From positions 27,158,001 through 27,222,000 of the forward strand of contig NC_086097.1 of assembly GCF_963921235.1 (NCBI RefSeq): a stretch of 64,000 nt of DNA, read 5' to 3'. The notes below the pieces were generated by a model, which searched no databases, had not been told where the DNA came from, and worked only from the letters and a program-made list of their open reading frames with translations. Source of the DNA: Mobula hypostoma. Lineage: Eukaryota. Of this stretch, positions 26,697 through 38,900 are shown piece after piece. Every line of letters starts with the position of its first letter. Within the stretch, counting starts at the first letter, position 1. The position numbers and the translations under genes are program-made.

Positions 26697-27715
26697 TGTG
26701 GAATTCTGTGGTTACCAGTGGAGTTCCACAGGGGTCGGTATTGGGACAGCTGCTTTTTACAAAGTATATCAATTATTTAGACTACAGTATTAATGGATTT
26801 GTGGCTAAATTTGCCAATGATACAAAGATAGGTGGAGGAGCAGATACTGTTGAGGAAACAGAGCCTGCAGAGAGACTTAGATAGTTTAGAGGAATGGGCA
26901 AATGGAATACAATGTTGGAAAGTGTATGGTGATGTACTTTGGTGGAAGAAATAAATGGGCAGACTATTATTCAAATGGAGAGAGAATTCAAAATACAGAG
27001 ATACAAAGGGACTTGGGAGTCCTTGTGCAAGATACCCTAAAGGTTAACCTCCAGGTTGAGTCAGTTGTGAGGAAGGTGAATGCAATGTTGGTATTCATTT
27101 CCAGAGGTATGGAATATAAGAGCAGGGATGTGATGTTGAGGCTGTATAAGGCACTCATGAGACCACACTTGGAGTATTGTGTGCAGTTTTGGGCTCCTTA
27201 TTTTAGAAAGGATATACTGACATTGGAGAGGGTTCAGAGAAGATTCACGAGAATGATTCCAGGAACGAAAGGGTTACCATATGAGAAATGTCTAGCAACT
27301 GTTGGGCTGTATTCCCTGTTCAGTAGATTGAGGGGAAATCTCTTAGAAACATTCCCAATGTTAAAAGGCCTGAACGAATTAGATATGGCAAAGTTATTTC
27401 CCATGGTAGGGAAGTCTAGGACAAGAAGGCACGACTTCAGGATTGAAGGACGTCCATTTAGAACTGAGATGAGGAGAAATTACTTTAGTCAGAGGGTGGT
27501 AAATCTGTGGAATTTGTTGCCATGAGTAGCTGTGGAGGCCAAGTCATTGGGTGTATTTAAGGCAGAGATAGATAGGTTCTTGATTATCCAGGGCATCAAA
27601 GGTTATCGGGAGAAGGCGGGGGGGTGGGAATGTCTAGAAGAATTCGATCAGCCCATGATTGAATGGTGGAGCAGACACGATGGGCTGAATGGCCTACTTC
27701 TGCTCCTATATTTTA
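26697..27715 (+). mobile_element. CR1 LINE 3' part (RT C-terminus and 3' UTR)
   Basis: VTSGVPQGSVLG, KFANDTK, RPHLEYCVQFWAP, FSQRVVNLWN. Confidence 0.9.
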
Positions 27716-28099
27716 CAGATCATGACTGTTCTTTGCAATATTTTTCAACAGAAGTAGTTTGCCTTTGCCTTCTTCTGGGCTGTGCCTTTACAAGAAGGGT
27801 GACCCCAGCCATGATCAATACTCTTCAGATGGCTGCCTGGCGTCAGTGGACGCATGACTAGGATTGAGAGACGCACCAGCTGTTCATACAACCATCCACC
27901 ATGTCCCCATGGCTTCATTTGACCCTGGTCTGGTCGGATCGGCGGTGGGGGTTGCTACACCTTGCTTAACGGTCATCCGCAGGCTAGCGGAGGGAAGGAG
28001 CGCCCTACACCTTTGATTGAGACGTATCTCCACCCCACCACCCAGGTGAATAGCCAATCCAAACCTCGAGAAGGGATGTAAGGTAGATGCTTTAATGGA

Positions 28100-28620
28100 A
28101 GAAAGGGGGGGGGGACCACAGACCAACGGCATGAGAGGATAGTGAGCGAGCAGGGTAATGAATAACAGGGCCAAATAGCCCCCAGCTGCGAAAGAGGACG
28201 CTTTAAGTAAGGAACGCACGGCAATGCCCCACAAAACGGAGAGAGGACAAGGTGAAGCCGAACTGTTTTGGCAGAAATAGAGGGTGATCAAGGCCCAATT
28301 GCAGACTCTTGTGTGCAGAGATAGGAAAACGGAAGACGCAAGCACTCTGGTGGGGAGAGCCCTAGCGGGCAGCACCCACTCCCGAGCATTTACCTTCGGA
28401 GCCGCTTGCACAAGGCACCTTCGTCCCAGCAAACGCCGGGAACAATGAACCTGACGGCGCTTCCATCCTCCCAAGGCCGCTCTCCTCCGTCGCTTCGTCC
28501 TTTGAATATGACGGCATGGAACCGCGAGGGAGTTTGGGATTTGTAGTTTCAGATGGTGAATTCTCATCAGTAGAGATGTCTAACTGCCCTTTCTTGGACT
28601 ACAAGCGAGGGAAAATGCAC
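28100..28620 (-). promoter_or_regulatory. NRDE2 CpG-island promoter with ACTACAnnTCCCA (ZNF143/THAP11-type) motif
   Basis: CpG-rich segment around exon 1. Minus strand reads ACTACAAATCCCA at 28535-28547. Confidence 0.7.
28394..28466 (-). CDS. NRDE2: NRDE2 coding exon 1 (MEAPSGSLFPAFAGTKVPCASGSE-G)
   Basis: Contains the LFPAFAG N-terminal motif of vertebrate NRDE2. ATG is in strong Kozak context (aggATGg), the exon ends at a G|gtaaat donor (73 nt, phase 1) and lies in a CpG island. Confidence 0.9.
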
Positions 28621-29068
28621 AAATAAGTTCATAGCCATGAATCTACGAAAATATTATGTTTCACGTTGCAGCTATATAAAACCTTGCTTAGACTGCAATT
28701 ATTCTATTGTGTGCAATTCTGGTTACTTCATTTCAACAAGGATGTAGAGGCTTTGGAGAGGGTGCAGCAGAGGTTCATCAGGATGTAGCCTGGATTGGAG
28801 GGTCTGAGATATGAGAGGTTGGTGAATGTGCATTGTTGTATCTGGAGTGTCAGGGGCCGAAGGAACACCTGACCGGAGTTTATTAGCACAAAAGATTCTG
28901 CAGATTCAAAAGATTGTGCAACACACACAAAATGCATCTATAGAACTGAATAAGCAGTCAACATTTCAGACCAAGAAGGGTCTCAGACCGAAACGTCAAC
29001 TATTTGTTCCCCTCCATAGAAGTCTTTAAGATTATGAGTCTTCTCCCAGGATAGAAATGTCAAATACT

Positions 29069-29360
29069 TGGCATCCGTTAGTCTTGTGAGACCATGGATC
29101 TGCACCTGGAAAAGTCTTCACTCTCCAGGGCGCAGGCCTGGGCAAGGTTGTATGGAAGACCAGCAGTTGCCCATGCTGCAAGTCTCCCCTCTCCAAGGGA
29201 AGGGCATTAGGACCCATACAGCTTGGCACCAGTGTCGTCGCAGAGCAATGTGTGATTAAGTGCCTTGCTCAAAGACACAACACGTTCCCTCTGCTGGGGC
29301 ACGAACTCACGACCTTCAGATCGCTAGTCCAATGCCTTAACCACTTGGCCATGTGCCCAC
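29069..29360 (-). mobile_element. tRNA-head SINE with CORE-like middle and RTE-like tail, 9-bp TSD
   Basis: Minus strand has an A box (TGGCCAAGTGG) and a B-box-like GAGTTCGTGCC. TSD tcaaatact at 29060-29068 and 29361-29369. Confidence 0.8.
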
Positions 29361-31731
29361 TCAAATACTGGAGAGTATGCATTAAAGGTAAAGGGAAAAT
29401 GTTTAAAGGAGATATGCAGGAAAGTTTATATTTTACTCAGAGAATGGTGGATGCTTGAAACAAACTGTTGATGGAATGGTGGAAGCAGATAGTATAGTGG
29501 TGTTTAAGAAAGAGGTGAATATAGAGGGACACGGACGTGTACAGGCAAAATAAAATTATTTTAATTCAGCGTCATGTTTGGCACAGGCATTGTGGGCAAA
29601 TTACACTGTTTCTCTTCTGTGTAATAGATACAGACGTAATAATTGAAGTAATCAGCAATCAATTTCTGAATTTATATGTGCAAACAGTTAATAATGAAGG
29701 TACTTAGTCAGAGCTCCAAGTAAGTCATGTAGTTTATCAGTAAATACCTACTTAATAGTAAGGATGGATATGGGGGCCGAAGGGCCTATTTCAGGTTCCA
29801 TTTTTTACATGATATTCTGTTGAATTAATGTTGCATATAAAACTGGCCAAGCAATCAGACAGAAACAAGTTCAGGCATCGTTATGAATGTTCAAAGTTCA
29901 AAGTAAATTTATTATCAAAGTACATCTATGTCACCATATACAACCACAAGATTCATTTTATTGTGGGCATTCACAGTAAATATAAAGAAACATAAAATGA
30001 ATCAATGAAAACAAATGCGGCATAACAACCAGCAGGCAAAAGACAAACTGTGCATATTCAAACAAGAAAAAAAGTAATAATAAATAGCTAAGCAATAAAT
30101 ACTGAGAACATGAGTTATAGACTCTTTAAAAGTGAGTTCATAATGTAGTCTGTTGCATTAATTCAGTGTTGGGATGCCTGTAGTTATCCCCTTTGGTTCA
30201 GGAGCCTGACAGTTGAGGGATAACTGTTCCTGAACCTGGTGGTGAGGGACTTGACATCTCTCTTCCTGATGGCAGTAGCGGGAGGGAAGCATTACCTGGA
30301 TGGCGGGGGTCCTTGACGATGGAAGAGCTTTCCTACGACAGTGTCCCTCGTAAATGTTACAGGCCTCATTCCAGGTTGGAAAGCAGTAATCATAATGTTA
30401 GACAGTGACTATCTCAAAAAATAAATGTCTCACCATCTATCCTTGCAAAGTCCCCACCGTCAACTCTGGGGCAGCACGGTAGTGTAGACATTAACATAAC
30501 ACTAGTACAGTGCCAATGACTGGCTGCTGTATTGAGTTCGTATGTTCTACTCTGGGTGCTCCAGCTTCCTCCTACAGTCCAGATGTACGGGTTAGTAGGT
30601 TAATTGGTCACAAGAGTGTAAATGGGCAGCGCAGGTTCGTGGGCCAGAAGGGCCTGTTACCAAGCTGTATCTTTATCTGAAGAAAAATAAAGAACACAGT
30701 AACGTCTTGTGAGTCACTATTAATCAGAAACTCCACTTTGTCAGCTAAATACCACGAGCAATTCACTTATTGAGTGATTCACCACGTCACACCCCAAATT
30801 TCCTGCATGAGATGTGGCACAAGCCAGAATGAATACAACTCCAACAACACTCAGGAGACTGAGCACTGGTCACTTGACTGGTAATCAATGGAAAATGTGA
30901 CTTTCATTTAACTGCACCACAAAGCAATTTTGATAGCACTTTTTAAACCTATGACCGGGAAGTACAAGGGCATAGCTACACCATCTTCTGCACCACACCC
31001 CACCACCCCTCGTCTCCATTCAAAGACCCTGTGCCTCCATCATCACTAAGGGTTGATCCAATACTTCCTTATCTGACAACATTGCTTTTGAGTTACTTAA
31101 CCCTTCATCAGACTCATCACCACCTTCCTAAGGGCAATTACGATGGTAAAGAGACAAAATTAAAGACTGGCTTTACTTGTCACATGTCCATTGAAACATT
31201 GAAATGTACAGTGAAATGCATTGGTTTGCATCAACAACCAACACGGTCCAAATATGTCCTGGTCACCATTCTTCCAGCACCAACATAGCACCAGGGTAGC
31301 TAGGCAGTTCGCGTGACACTATTACAGCTGAGGGGTGTCGGAGTTCAGATTTCAGTTCCGGCATTCTCTGTAAGAAGTCTCTGTACATTCCCCCTGTGGA
31401 ATGTGCGCGGTTCTCCCCGGGTGTTCTGGTTTCCTCCCACAGTCCAAAGATGTATCGGTAGGTTAAATGGTCATTGTGAATTGTCCCATGGTTAGGATAG
31501 GGTTAAATCGGGATTGGTTGGGGTGGTGCAGCTCATAGGGTCGGGAGGGTCTATCCTGCGCTGCATCTCTAGATAAATAGATAGCATGCCCACAACTCAC
31601 TAACCCCAACCCGTATGTCTTTGCAATATGGAAGGAAACCGGAGCACCCCAAGCAAACCCAAGTACAAACAGCGTGCCCACAATGTTCAGCGGAACAACA
31701 AAACAGCAACAAACCCCTTTTCTCCCTCCCA

Positions 31732-31764
<33 letters not shown>

Positions 31765-31774
31765 GCGCGCACGC

Positions 31775-31825
<51 letters not shown>

Positions 31826-31859
31826 AACACACACACACACACGCGCACACACACACACA

Positions 31860-31895
<36 letters not shown>

Positions 31896-31903
31896 CACAC
31901 ACG

Positions 31904-31960
<57 letters not shown>
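31732..31960. repeat. Compound (CT)n/(CA)n microsatellite with CG and AA interruptions
   Basis: Directly visible; it produces the spurious HT/CV-repeat ORFs. Confidence 0.98.
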
Positions 31961-31963
<3 letters not shown>

Positions 31964-32014
31964 TTCAACCCCAGAACAGGCCACCCCTGGGCCTCCAACC
32001 TCCAGCCTGTGGCC

Positions 32015-32690
32015 TGGACAGGTGAGCGTCATGGCTGTGGTGTCTATGTGCCTGAACCAAGACAGGCTTTTGCTGGTATTCACTCCAAGAAACTTGAAGG
32101 TTGAAGGCTCAAACCTCAGCATGGTTGGTGTAAACAGGAGCATGTGCATCACCCCCTCCCTTCGTGTAGCCAATGACCAGCACTTTTTTTTTGCTGACAT
32201 TTGAGGAGAAGGATGTTGTCATGAGACGACTTTCTATCTCCTTCCTGTTCTCTGACTCATTGTTATTTCAGATACAGCCCACTATGGTGGCATCGCCTGC
32301 AAACTTGTAGATGGAGTTAGATCCATATGGTCTTGAGTATATAGGGAGTAGAGTTGGGGGCTGGCATTGAAGCCTTGTGAGGCACCAGTGTTGAGGATAA
32401 TCATGCCGGATGTGTTGCTGCCTATCCTTCCTGATTGCGATCTGTTGGTCAAGAAGTCAAAGATTCAGCTGCAAAGGAAGATGCTGAGTGCCAGATCTAG
32501 AAGGTTGGAGATAAGTTTGCTTGGAATTATAGTATTGAAGGTGGAGCTCTAGTCAATAAACACTAGTCTAACGTAGGGGTCCAGAGCTGAGTGTAAGGTC
32601 AGGGAGATGGTGTTTGCAGTGGGTCAATGTTGTCTGGGAGGCTGGAGCTAATGTGTGCCACAACCAGCCTCTTGAAATGCATATTGAAAG
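32015..32690 (-). mobile_element. Rex1/Babar-like LINE RT fragment
   Basis: Reverse strand encodes SSTFNTIIP, CNWIFDFLT and FAGDATIV-like motifs. Confidence 0.75.
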
Positions 32691-34764
32691 ATTTTTGAAT
32701 GAACGTTATTGCTAATGTTGCCAACTTCGTTTTTGTAAATGTATAAAACAGAACGTAGAACGCTTCAGCACAGCAGAGTGCAGATCCTTCGATCCACAAT
32801 GTTGTGCTGACCTTTTAACCTACTCTGACCCTGCCCTCCTACATAGTTCTCTATTTTTCCAGTATCTGTGTGCCTATCTAAGAGTTTCTTAAATGCCCCC
32901 TCATGTTTCTGCCTCTACCACCATCCCTGGCAGGGTGTTCCATGCACTCACCACTCCGTGTGTCAAGAATTTATCTCTGACATCCCTCCTATATCTTCCT
33001 CCAGTCACCTGAATATTATGCCCCTGGTATTAGCCATTTCCACCTGGGAGAAAACGTCTCTAGCTATCCACTCAATCTATGCCTTTTATTATCTTGTACA
33101 CAAGAATGCGCCTCAAAAAAAAAGTTTATAGCTGACTTTTGATTAGTTTGAGACTGCCTGGGGCTGTGAAAACTTATCTTTGAAAACTCGACCCCTTTTT
33201 TTTGGAGGAGGCTGTATAAGGTGAGGTGGTTGGTTCTACTGCCACATAACACCACAACCCCTCTTAAAGCCACTGACCAACAAAATTCTGTCAATGTCAG
33301 ACCTAAAATTAATGATCCTTGCAACATTAGTCATTGCTTTATGGAAGGAATATTCACATTTCTACCAAACTTGGTGGCTAGGATAGTTTCCCAGCTGTTT
33401 CCTGAGAGGCCTAAATCTATACTTTTTGGCTGTGTAGTTTAGACTTGGGCTCTGAACCAGAATCTGGTTTATTATCACTGGCATATGTTGTGAAATGTCT
33501 TGTTCTGCAGCGGCAGTACAGTGCAAAAACAAGATTACTATAAGTTACAATCACTATGTCAATAAATAGTGCAGGAAGGGAATAGCAAGGTAGTATTCAC
33601 GAGTTCATGGAAATCTGATAATGGAGGAGAAGAACTGGTTCCTAAATCATTGAGTGTGGGTCTTCAGGTTCCTGTACCTCCTCCCAATTACAGTAAGGTG
33701 AAGAAGGTTTGTCTCAGATGGTGATGACCCTTAATGATGGGTGCCACCTATCTTGAAGTATTGTCTCTTGAAGATATCTTTGATGGTGGGGAGGTCTGTG
33801 CTCGTGATCGGGCTGGCTGACTCTACAACCCTCTGCAGCCTCTTGTGATCTCGCGCACTGGGACTTTACTCCTTTTCCTCCATTTAACTGCAATTCTTTC
33901 CTTGTTTCCGTGCGCCCCCACATCTTATGACCGAACACCGAAACACTAAAACATGCTGCTCCACTTAAAGAACCTGCTTGAGGTCTGATCTGCAGTTCTG
34001 CTAATACCATGAGGGGGCAGAGCTTGCAAAGTATCACAGCTGTGGCAAGGCACAGGTTATTTAAAGACTGGGATCATATTGAGGACCCCGAACCACAAGG
34101 AGAACGCAGAAGAAACATTTCAGTCATCAATGCATGTACTAAGTATAGCCACTTTATCTGGGTGAGAACTTAGGACAATCGATTCCTGTTCATTGGATGT
34201 AACTTTTCAAAGTACATATATACTAGTTAGGTTTGTTAGATGTATTTCAGGATCTAGCTGATGCTGGTAAGATTAGTAAATTTGGCCGCCCCTAATTCTA
34301 CTCCAGAAGGCGATGTTGAACTGTCAAGACCATAAGACATAGGAGCAGAATTAGGCTATTTGGCCCATCGAGTTTGCTCTGCCCGATGACTGTTTTATTA
34401 ACCCTTTCAACCCCATTCTCTTACCGTCTCCCTGTAACCTTTGATGCCCTATCTGTCGACCTCCACGTTAAATATATGCAATGAAACATTGCACTCCTCC
34501 CGATAATGGTTTTGGTTGGGGAAATATAGGATTTGCTTACAGTGATGCCTTTTGCTGTCAAAAAGCCTGTGATTGATTGTATGAAGAAACATCAGATGTG
34601 AGATCAAACAGGGTTGGTTTTGGTGGGGGGGCATTACATAGACATCCTATGTAGGTGATAGAAAGAAGACATCTATCACATCAGACCAACACACGGGCTC
34701 AGTCTGGCACCAACATGGCATGTCCACGATATTCATCAGAACAACAGCAACAAAACAAGTCCCT

Positions 34765-34767
<3 letters not shown>

Positions 34768-34806
<39 letters not shown>
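34768..34806. repeat. (CA)n microsatellite
   Basis: Directly visible. Confidence 0.95.
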
Positions 34807-34807
<1 letters not shown>

Positions 34808-35837
34808 CTCCAACCCCAGAACAGGCTGCCTCTGGGCCTCCTGTCCTTATCCCCAGACTCTCAAGTCTCCAGCTTCAGACTTCAACCCAGGATGCCGATC
34901 GTGGGTTCGGCCTTTGGGCCTTGACTTCTAGACTTGCACCAACCTCCAACCCCAGTGACCTGGGCCCTCGCATGGTTCACAAATTCCCTTTTAGTCTATT
35001 TCTCCGGAGTGATTCAACGCTTGCACCTCCATATTTCTTGAACAATAAGTTGAGCAGTAGTGGAGAAGGCTGTGGAAAGAGTGTTTTGCATCTTTCTTCA
35101 TATTTCCATATTCTGCCAGACGAAGGCCTTATTCTCCCTGAGAGTCCCTCAGATAGACCACCATGGAAACTCTTTCTGAAAACTACCGCAGCTCATAGAA
35201 GTCCTGGCTTCGAAGATAATTTGAGAGGCCAACTGGGGAAATATAAAGCCTTATTGTTGACAGGTTCAAAGAGGGATTTCTCCCAGTGGACCATACAATC
35301 TGAACTCTATCTCCATAAAGGAAACACACGAGCATATTTATTCACTAAAGAGAGACAGGGTAATTACGATGCACAGGATGCAGATTCATAGTACAATAAA
35401 GGAGATCATTCAGCCCATCGAATCTAAGTTGGCCCTTTCCCTGCTGTTTTCTTCATTCTGACATTTTCTCCTGGAATCTGGATTCATCTCCCCATTGGAC
35501 AGCGTTCCGACTGCCTTCAGCTTGTTGAGTATGACGTCTTTCTTTGACACTGAATTTACATTCGTATCCTAAGGTTATCAATCTTTTATTCACTGTAAAC
35601 AATTCCTCTCTCCAAATTCCTCTCTCTAACTTCCCCTCTCTAAACACACGGGATGTTACTTTATAAACATCTTCATTACTTTGACTTCCATTTCATGTAA
35701 ATCATTAAAGTTCAAAGTTCAAAGTTCAAGGTAAATATATTACCGAAGTTCGTATATGTCACCATATGCTACCCAGAGATTCATTTACTTGCAGGCATTC
35801 ATGTAGAACAAAGAAATACAACAGAGTCAGTGAAAGA

Positions 35838-37325
35838 TTCTGAAAGACTCTGCAGCCCAGCTGACGGATATATTTAACATCTCTTTGGGACAAGCCATTG
35901 TCCCCTCAGTTTTCAAGGTGGTAACCATCATTCCAGTGCCAAAGAAGGCGACAATATCCTGCCTAAATGACTATCATCCAGTGGTACTAACACCAGCCAT
36001 TAAGAAATGCTTTGAGTGGCTGGTCATGGAGCATATTAAAGTATTTCTCCCAGCTACACTGGACCCTTTCCGGTTCACTTATTGCTCAAATTGATCCACC
36101 GATGATGCAGTAGAAAACAGGGTCTCACATGCCAGACTGCTGTTTATAGACTTCAGTTTGATGTTCAACACCATCATACCCCAGAAACTGGGTGGGGAAA
36201 CTGTCCTTGCTGGCTCTCAGCACCTCCTTCTGCAATTGGATACTGGACTTCTTAACAGTAAGGCCACAGTCAGTCCGTGCGGGCAGCAACGTCCCCCGTC
36301 CCATTTCGCTCAGCTGGGGCACTCCCCAAGGCTGTGTGCCCAGCCCACTGCTGACGCATGACTGTGTCGCAGGATCCAGCTCAAACCGTATCATCAAGTT
36401 TGTGGTTGATTCAACAGTGGGTGGACTTATCAAGAACAATGACGAGACAGAGAGGAAGAGAGGAAGTGGAGCGGCTGGTGGATAGACGTGACAGGAACAA
36501 CCTAAGCCTGAACATGGAGAAGATGAAGGAAATCACTGTGGGCTTCAGGAGGGTGCAGACATTCCATCCCCCTCTGCACATACATGGCTCCTTCATGGAG
36601 AGAGTTAAATGCACCAATTCCCTAGGAGTTCACAACATGGATAACCTCACCTGGTCCCTTAATATCACCTCCCTGAACAAGAAGGCACAGCAGCACCTCC
36701 ACTTCCTCAGAAGATTGAGATAAGCAACCCCTCATCTTTACTGTGTTTTATAGGAGCACCATTGAGAGCATCCTGACAAGTTGCATCTCCATCTGGTATG
36801 GGAGCAGTCGAGCATCAAACCTGAAGTCCATACAAAGAACTGAGAACAGCTGAGAGGATCACAGGCGTTCCCTACCATCCTTCGGGGACATTTATCAGGA
36901 GCATTGTGTACACAGGGCCCATAGTATTATTAAGGATCCCGCCCATCCATCCAGCATCCTCTTTGACTTCCTACCATCGGGCAGGAGACAACGATACATA
37001 AAAACAAGAATGGTCAGGATGAGAAACAGTTTCTTCCCCCAGGCCATTAGGCTTCTGAACTCCCGGCTGCATCGTATTCAAAGTGTCACCGGTTAATCTG
37101 TTCCATACCTTACAATATTTAATAAGAATGCACTTTAGTTTGTTATTTATGTGTGATTCATCTGTACGTTTTCTCCTTACCTTCATAAGCTATCGTGTGC
37201 TATGTGTGTTATGTGCTTTACACCCTGGTTTGAAGAAACATTGTCTTGTTTCTATATACATTATATACATTATATACATTATATACTGTACATGTATATA
37301 GTTAAATGACAATACATTTGACGAC
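35838..37325 (+). mobile_element. Rex1/Babar-like LINE fragment
   Basis: [58 protein letters not shown]-type tail. Confidence 0.85.
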
Positions 37326-37389
37326 TTGAAAAACTACACACAAAGACGGACAAACAATGTGCAAAAGAATACAACTGTGCAAACATAAA

Positions 37390-37492
37390 AATAGATAAAC
37401 AGATAATAAATAGATAGATAGATAGATGGATAGACAGCCAGACAAATAAACAAATGGACAGATAGATAAATAAATAGCTAAATAGATAGATA
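37390..37492. repeat. Imperfect (GATA)n/(AAAT)n tetranucleotide repeat
   Basis: Directly visible. Confidence 0.85.
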
Positions 37493-37666
37493 ATGCTGAG
37501 AATATGAGTTGTGGTGTCATTGAAAGTGAGTCTATAGATTGTGGAATCAGTTCAGTGTTGAGGTGAGTACAATCTTAGCCTACATTATACTAGAGCTACT
37601 GAAGATAAAAGGGCTCACGAGAGACTAAAAAATCTTGAGATGCTGGAGGAACTCAACATCTATGGA

Positions 37667-37702
37667 TACCCTGATGAGGGGTCTCAGTCCGAAATGTTGA
37701 CT
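37667..37702 (+). ncRNA. Minimal hammerhead ribozyme motif (core intact, stem I 5' strand lost)
   Basis: CTGATGA (37671-37677)-GGGG-TCTCAG-TCC-GAAA (37691-37694)-TG-TT-GACT. Confidence 0.55.
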
Positions 37703-38364
37703 ATCTATTCTCATCCATAGATGCTGCCTGAACTGCTGAGCTCATCCAGCACATTGTGTGTGTGTTGATCTATGGAGGGGAGTGACATTTTGGGCCGTGG
37801 CCAACATCAGGACGCAGGGAGATAAAAAGGACTGCAGATGATGGGAGTCTGAAGTAAAACACTCAACAGGTAAGATAACATCAATGAAATAGAAAACAGA
37901 GCTAACATTACAGATCCAATGAAGGGTCTTGGACAAAAAGTCAACTGCTTATTCCTCTCCATAGATGCAGCCTGACCTGCTGAGTTCCTCCTGCATTTTG
38001 TGTGTGTTGCTCTGGATTTCCAGCATTTGCAGAATCTCTTGCATTCTTGTTAACATTACAGCTATGAGAAACCAGATAGAGAGAGAAAAAGCAAGTTGGT
38101 TTTAAATTGCTGAGAAGATGGGGGAGGGATGGGTAGATGAAAGGAAATGCCACTGATAGGGTGAGAGCAAATAAGATAATGTGGCAGTCAGAAGCACACT
38201 ACGTGTCTTTAATCTGCATTTAATGGTGTTTAATAGCAGGGCTGTGGGACATTCCCAGCAAGACAGGCAGTACTAATAGGGAGAAAAACTGAGCCAAAGT
38301 CACAGCTGGATAACCAACAGAAATGGCCAATTCTGATGCAGGTAAAAAGAATGAACAATTTATT

Positions 38365-38900
38365 TAAACACAAAAGATTCTGCAGATATTGGAATTCTTG
38401 AGCAACACACACAAACAAGATGATGACGGATCTCAGCAGTATAGACAGGCCATACGGAAAGGAATGTTTTGGGCTAAGTCCCTTCATCGGGAATACAAAA
38501 CAAAGGGGTAGAGCCCAGAGTAAGAAAGTGAGGGGAGGATGAGGACTACAAGCTGGCAGGTGATAAGTGAGACCAGGTGAGGGGGAAGGTGTGTGTGGGG
38601 GATGGCAGGTGAGGGGGGGATTGAAGTAAGAAGCTGGCAGGTAATGTGAGACCAGGTGAGGGGGAAGGTGTGTGTGGGGGAGGGCAGGTGAGGGGGGGAT
38701 TGAAGTAAGAAGCTGGGAGGTGATAGGTGGAAGAGGCAAACAGCTGAAGGAGGAGGAATCTGATAAGAGAGCAGAGTGGCCCATGGGAGAAAGAGAAGGA
38801 GGTGATAAGCAGATAAGGTGAGATGAGTACCAGAATGGGGTATGGAAAAAGAGAGAAGGGGGTGGTGGAGAAATTACCAAAAGTTAGAGAAATCAGTATT
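38365..38900 (-). mobile_element. Penelope-like element 3' end: ORF stop remnant, pyrimidine-rich UTR, decayed hammerhead, terminal repeat
   Basis: Minus strand 38874-38900 reads NTDFSNFW*, followed by a pyrimidine-rich tract and CCGATGAAGGGACTTAGCCCAAAACAT. Related copies at ~8400-8770 (+), 49500-49790 (+), 55757-55950 (-). Confidence 0.7.

Noticed and set aside
27884..28567. 227-aa minus-strand ORF over NRDE2 exon 1
   Set aside because: Different frame from NRDE2, runs through the intron into a repeat, and probably starts upstream of the TSS.
31569..32204. Six overlapping ORFs of 100-176 aa rich in HT or CV
   Set aside because: Artefacts of the (CA)n microsatellite.
34720..35391. 223-aa plus-strand ORF
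   Set aside because: Begins in a (CA)n-bearing repeat; no recognisable domain or splice structure.
37640..38480. Recurring repeats as a CRISPR-like array
   Set aside because: Eukaryotic locus; repeats are dispersed, variably oriented and lack regular spacers.
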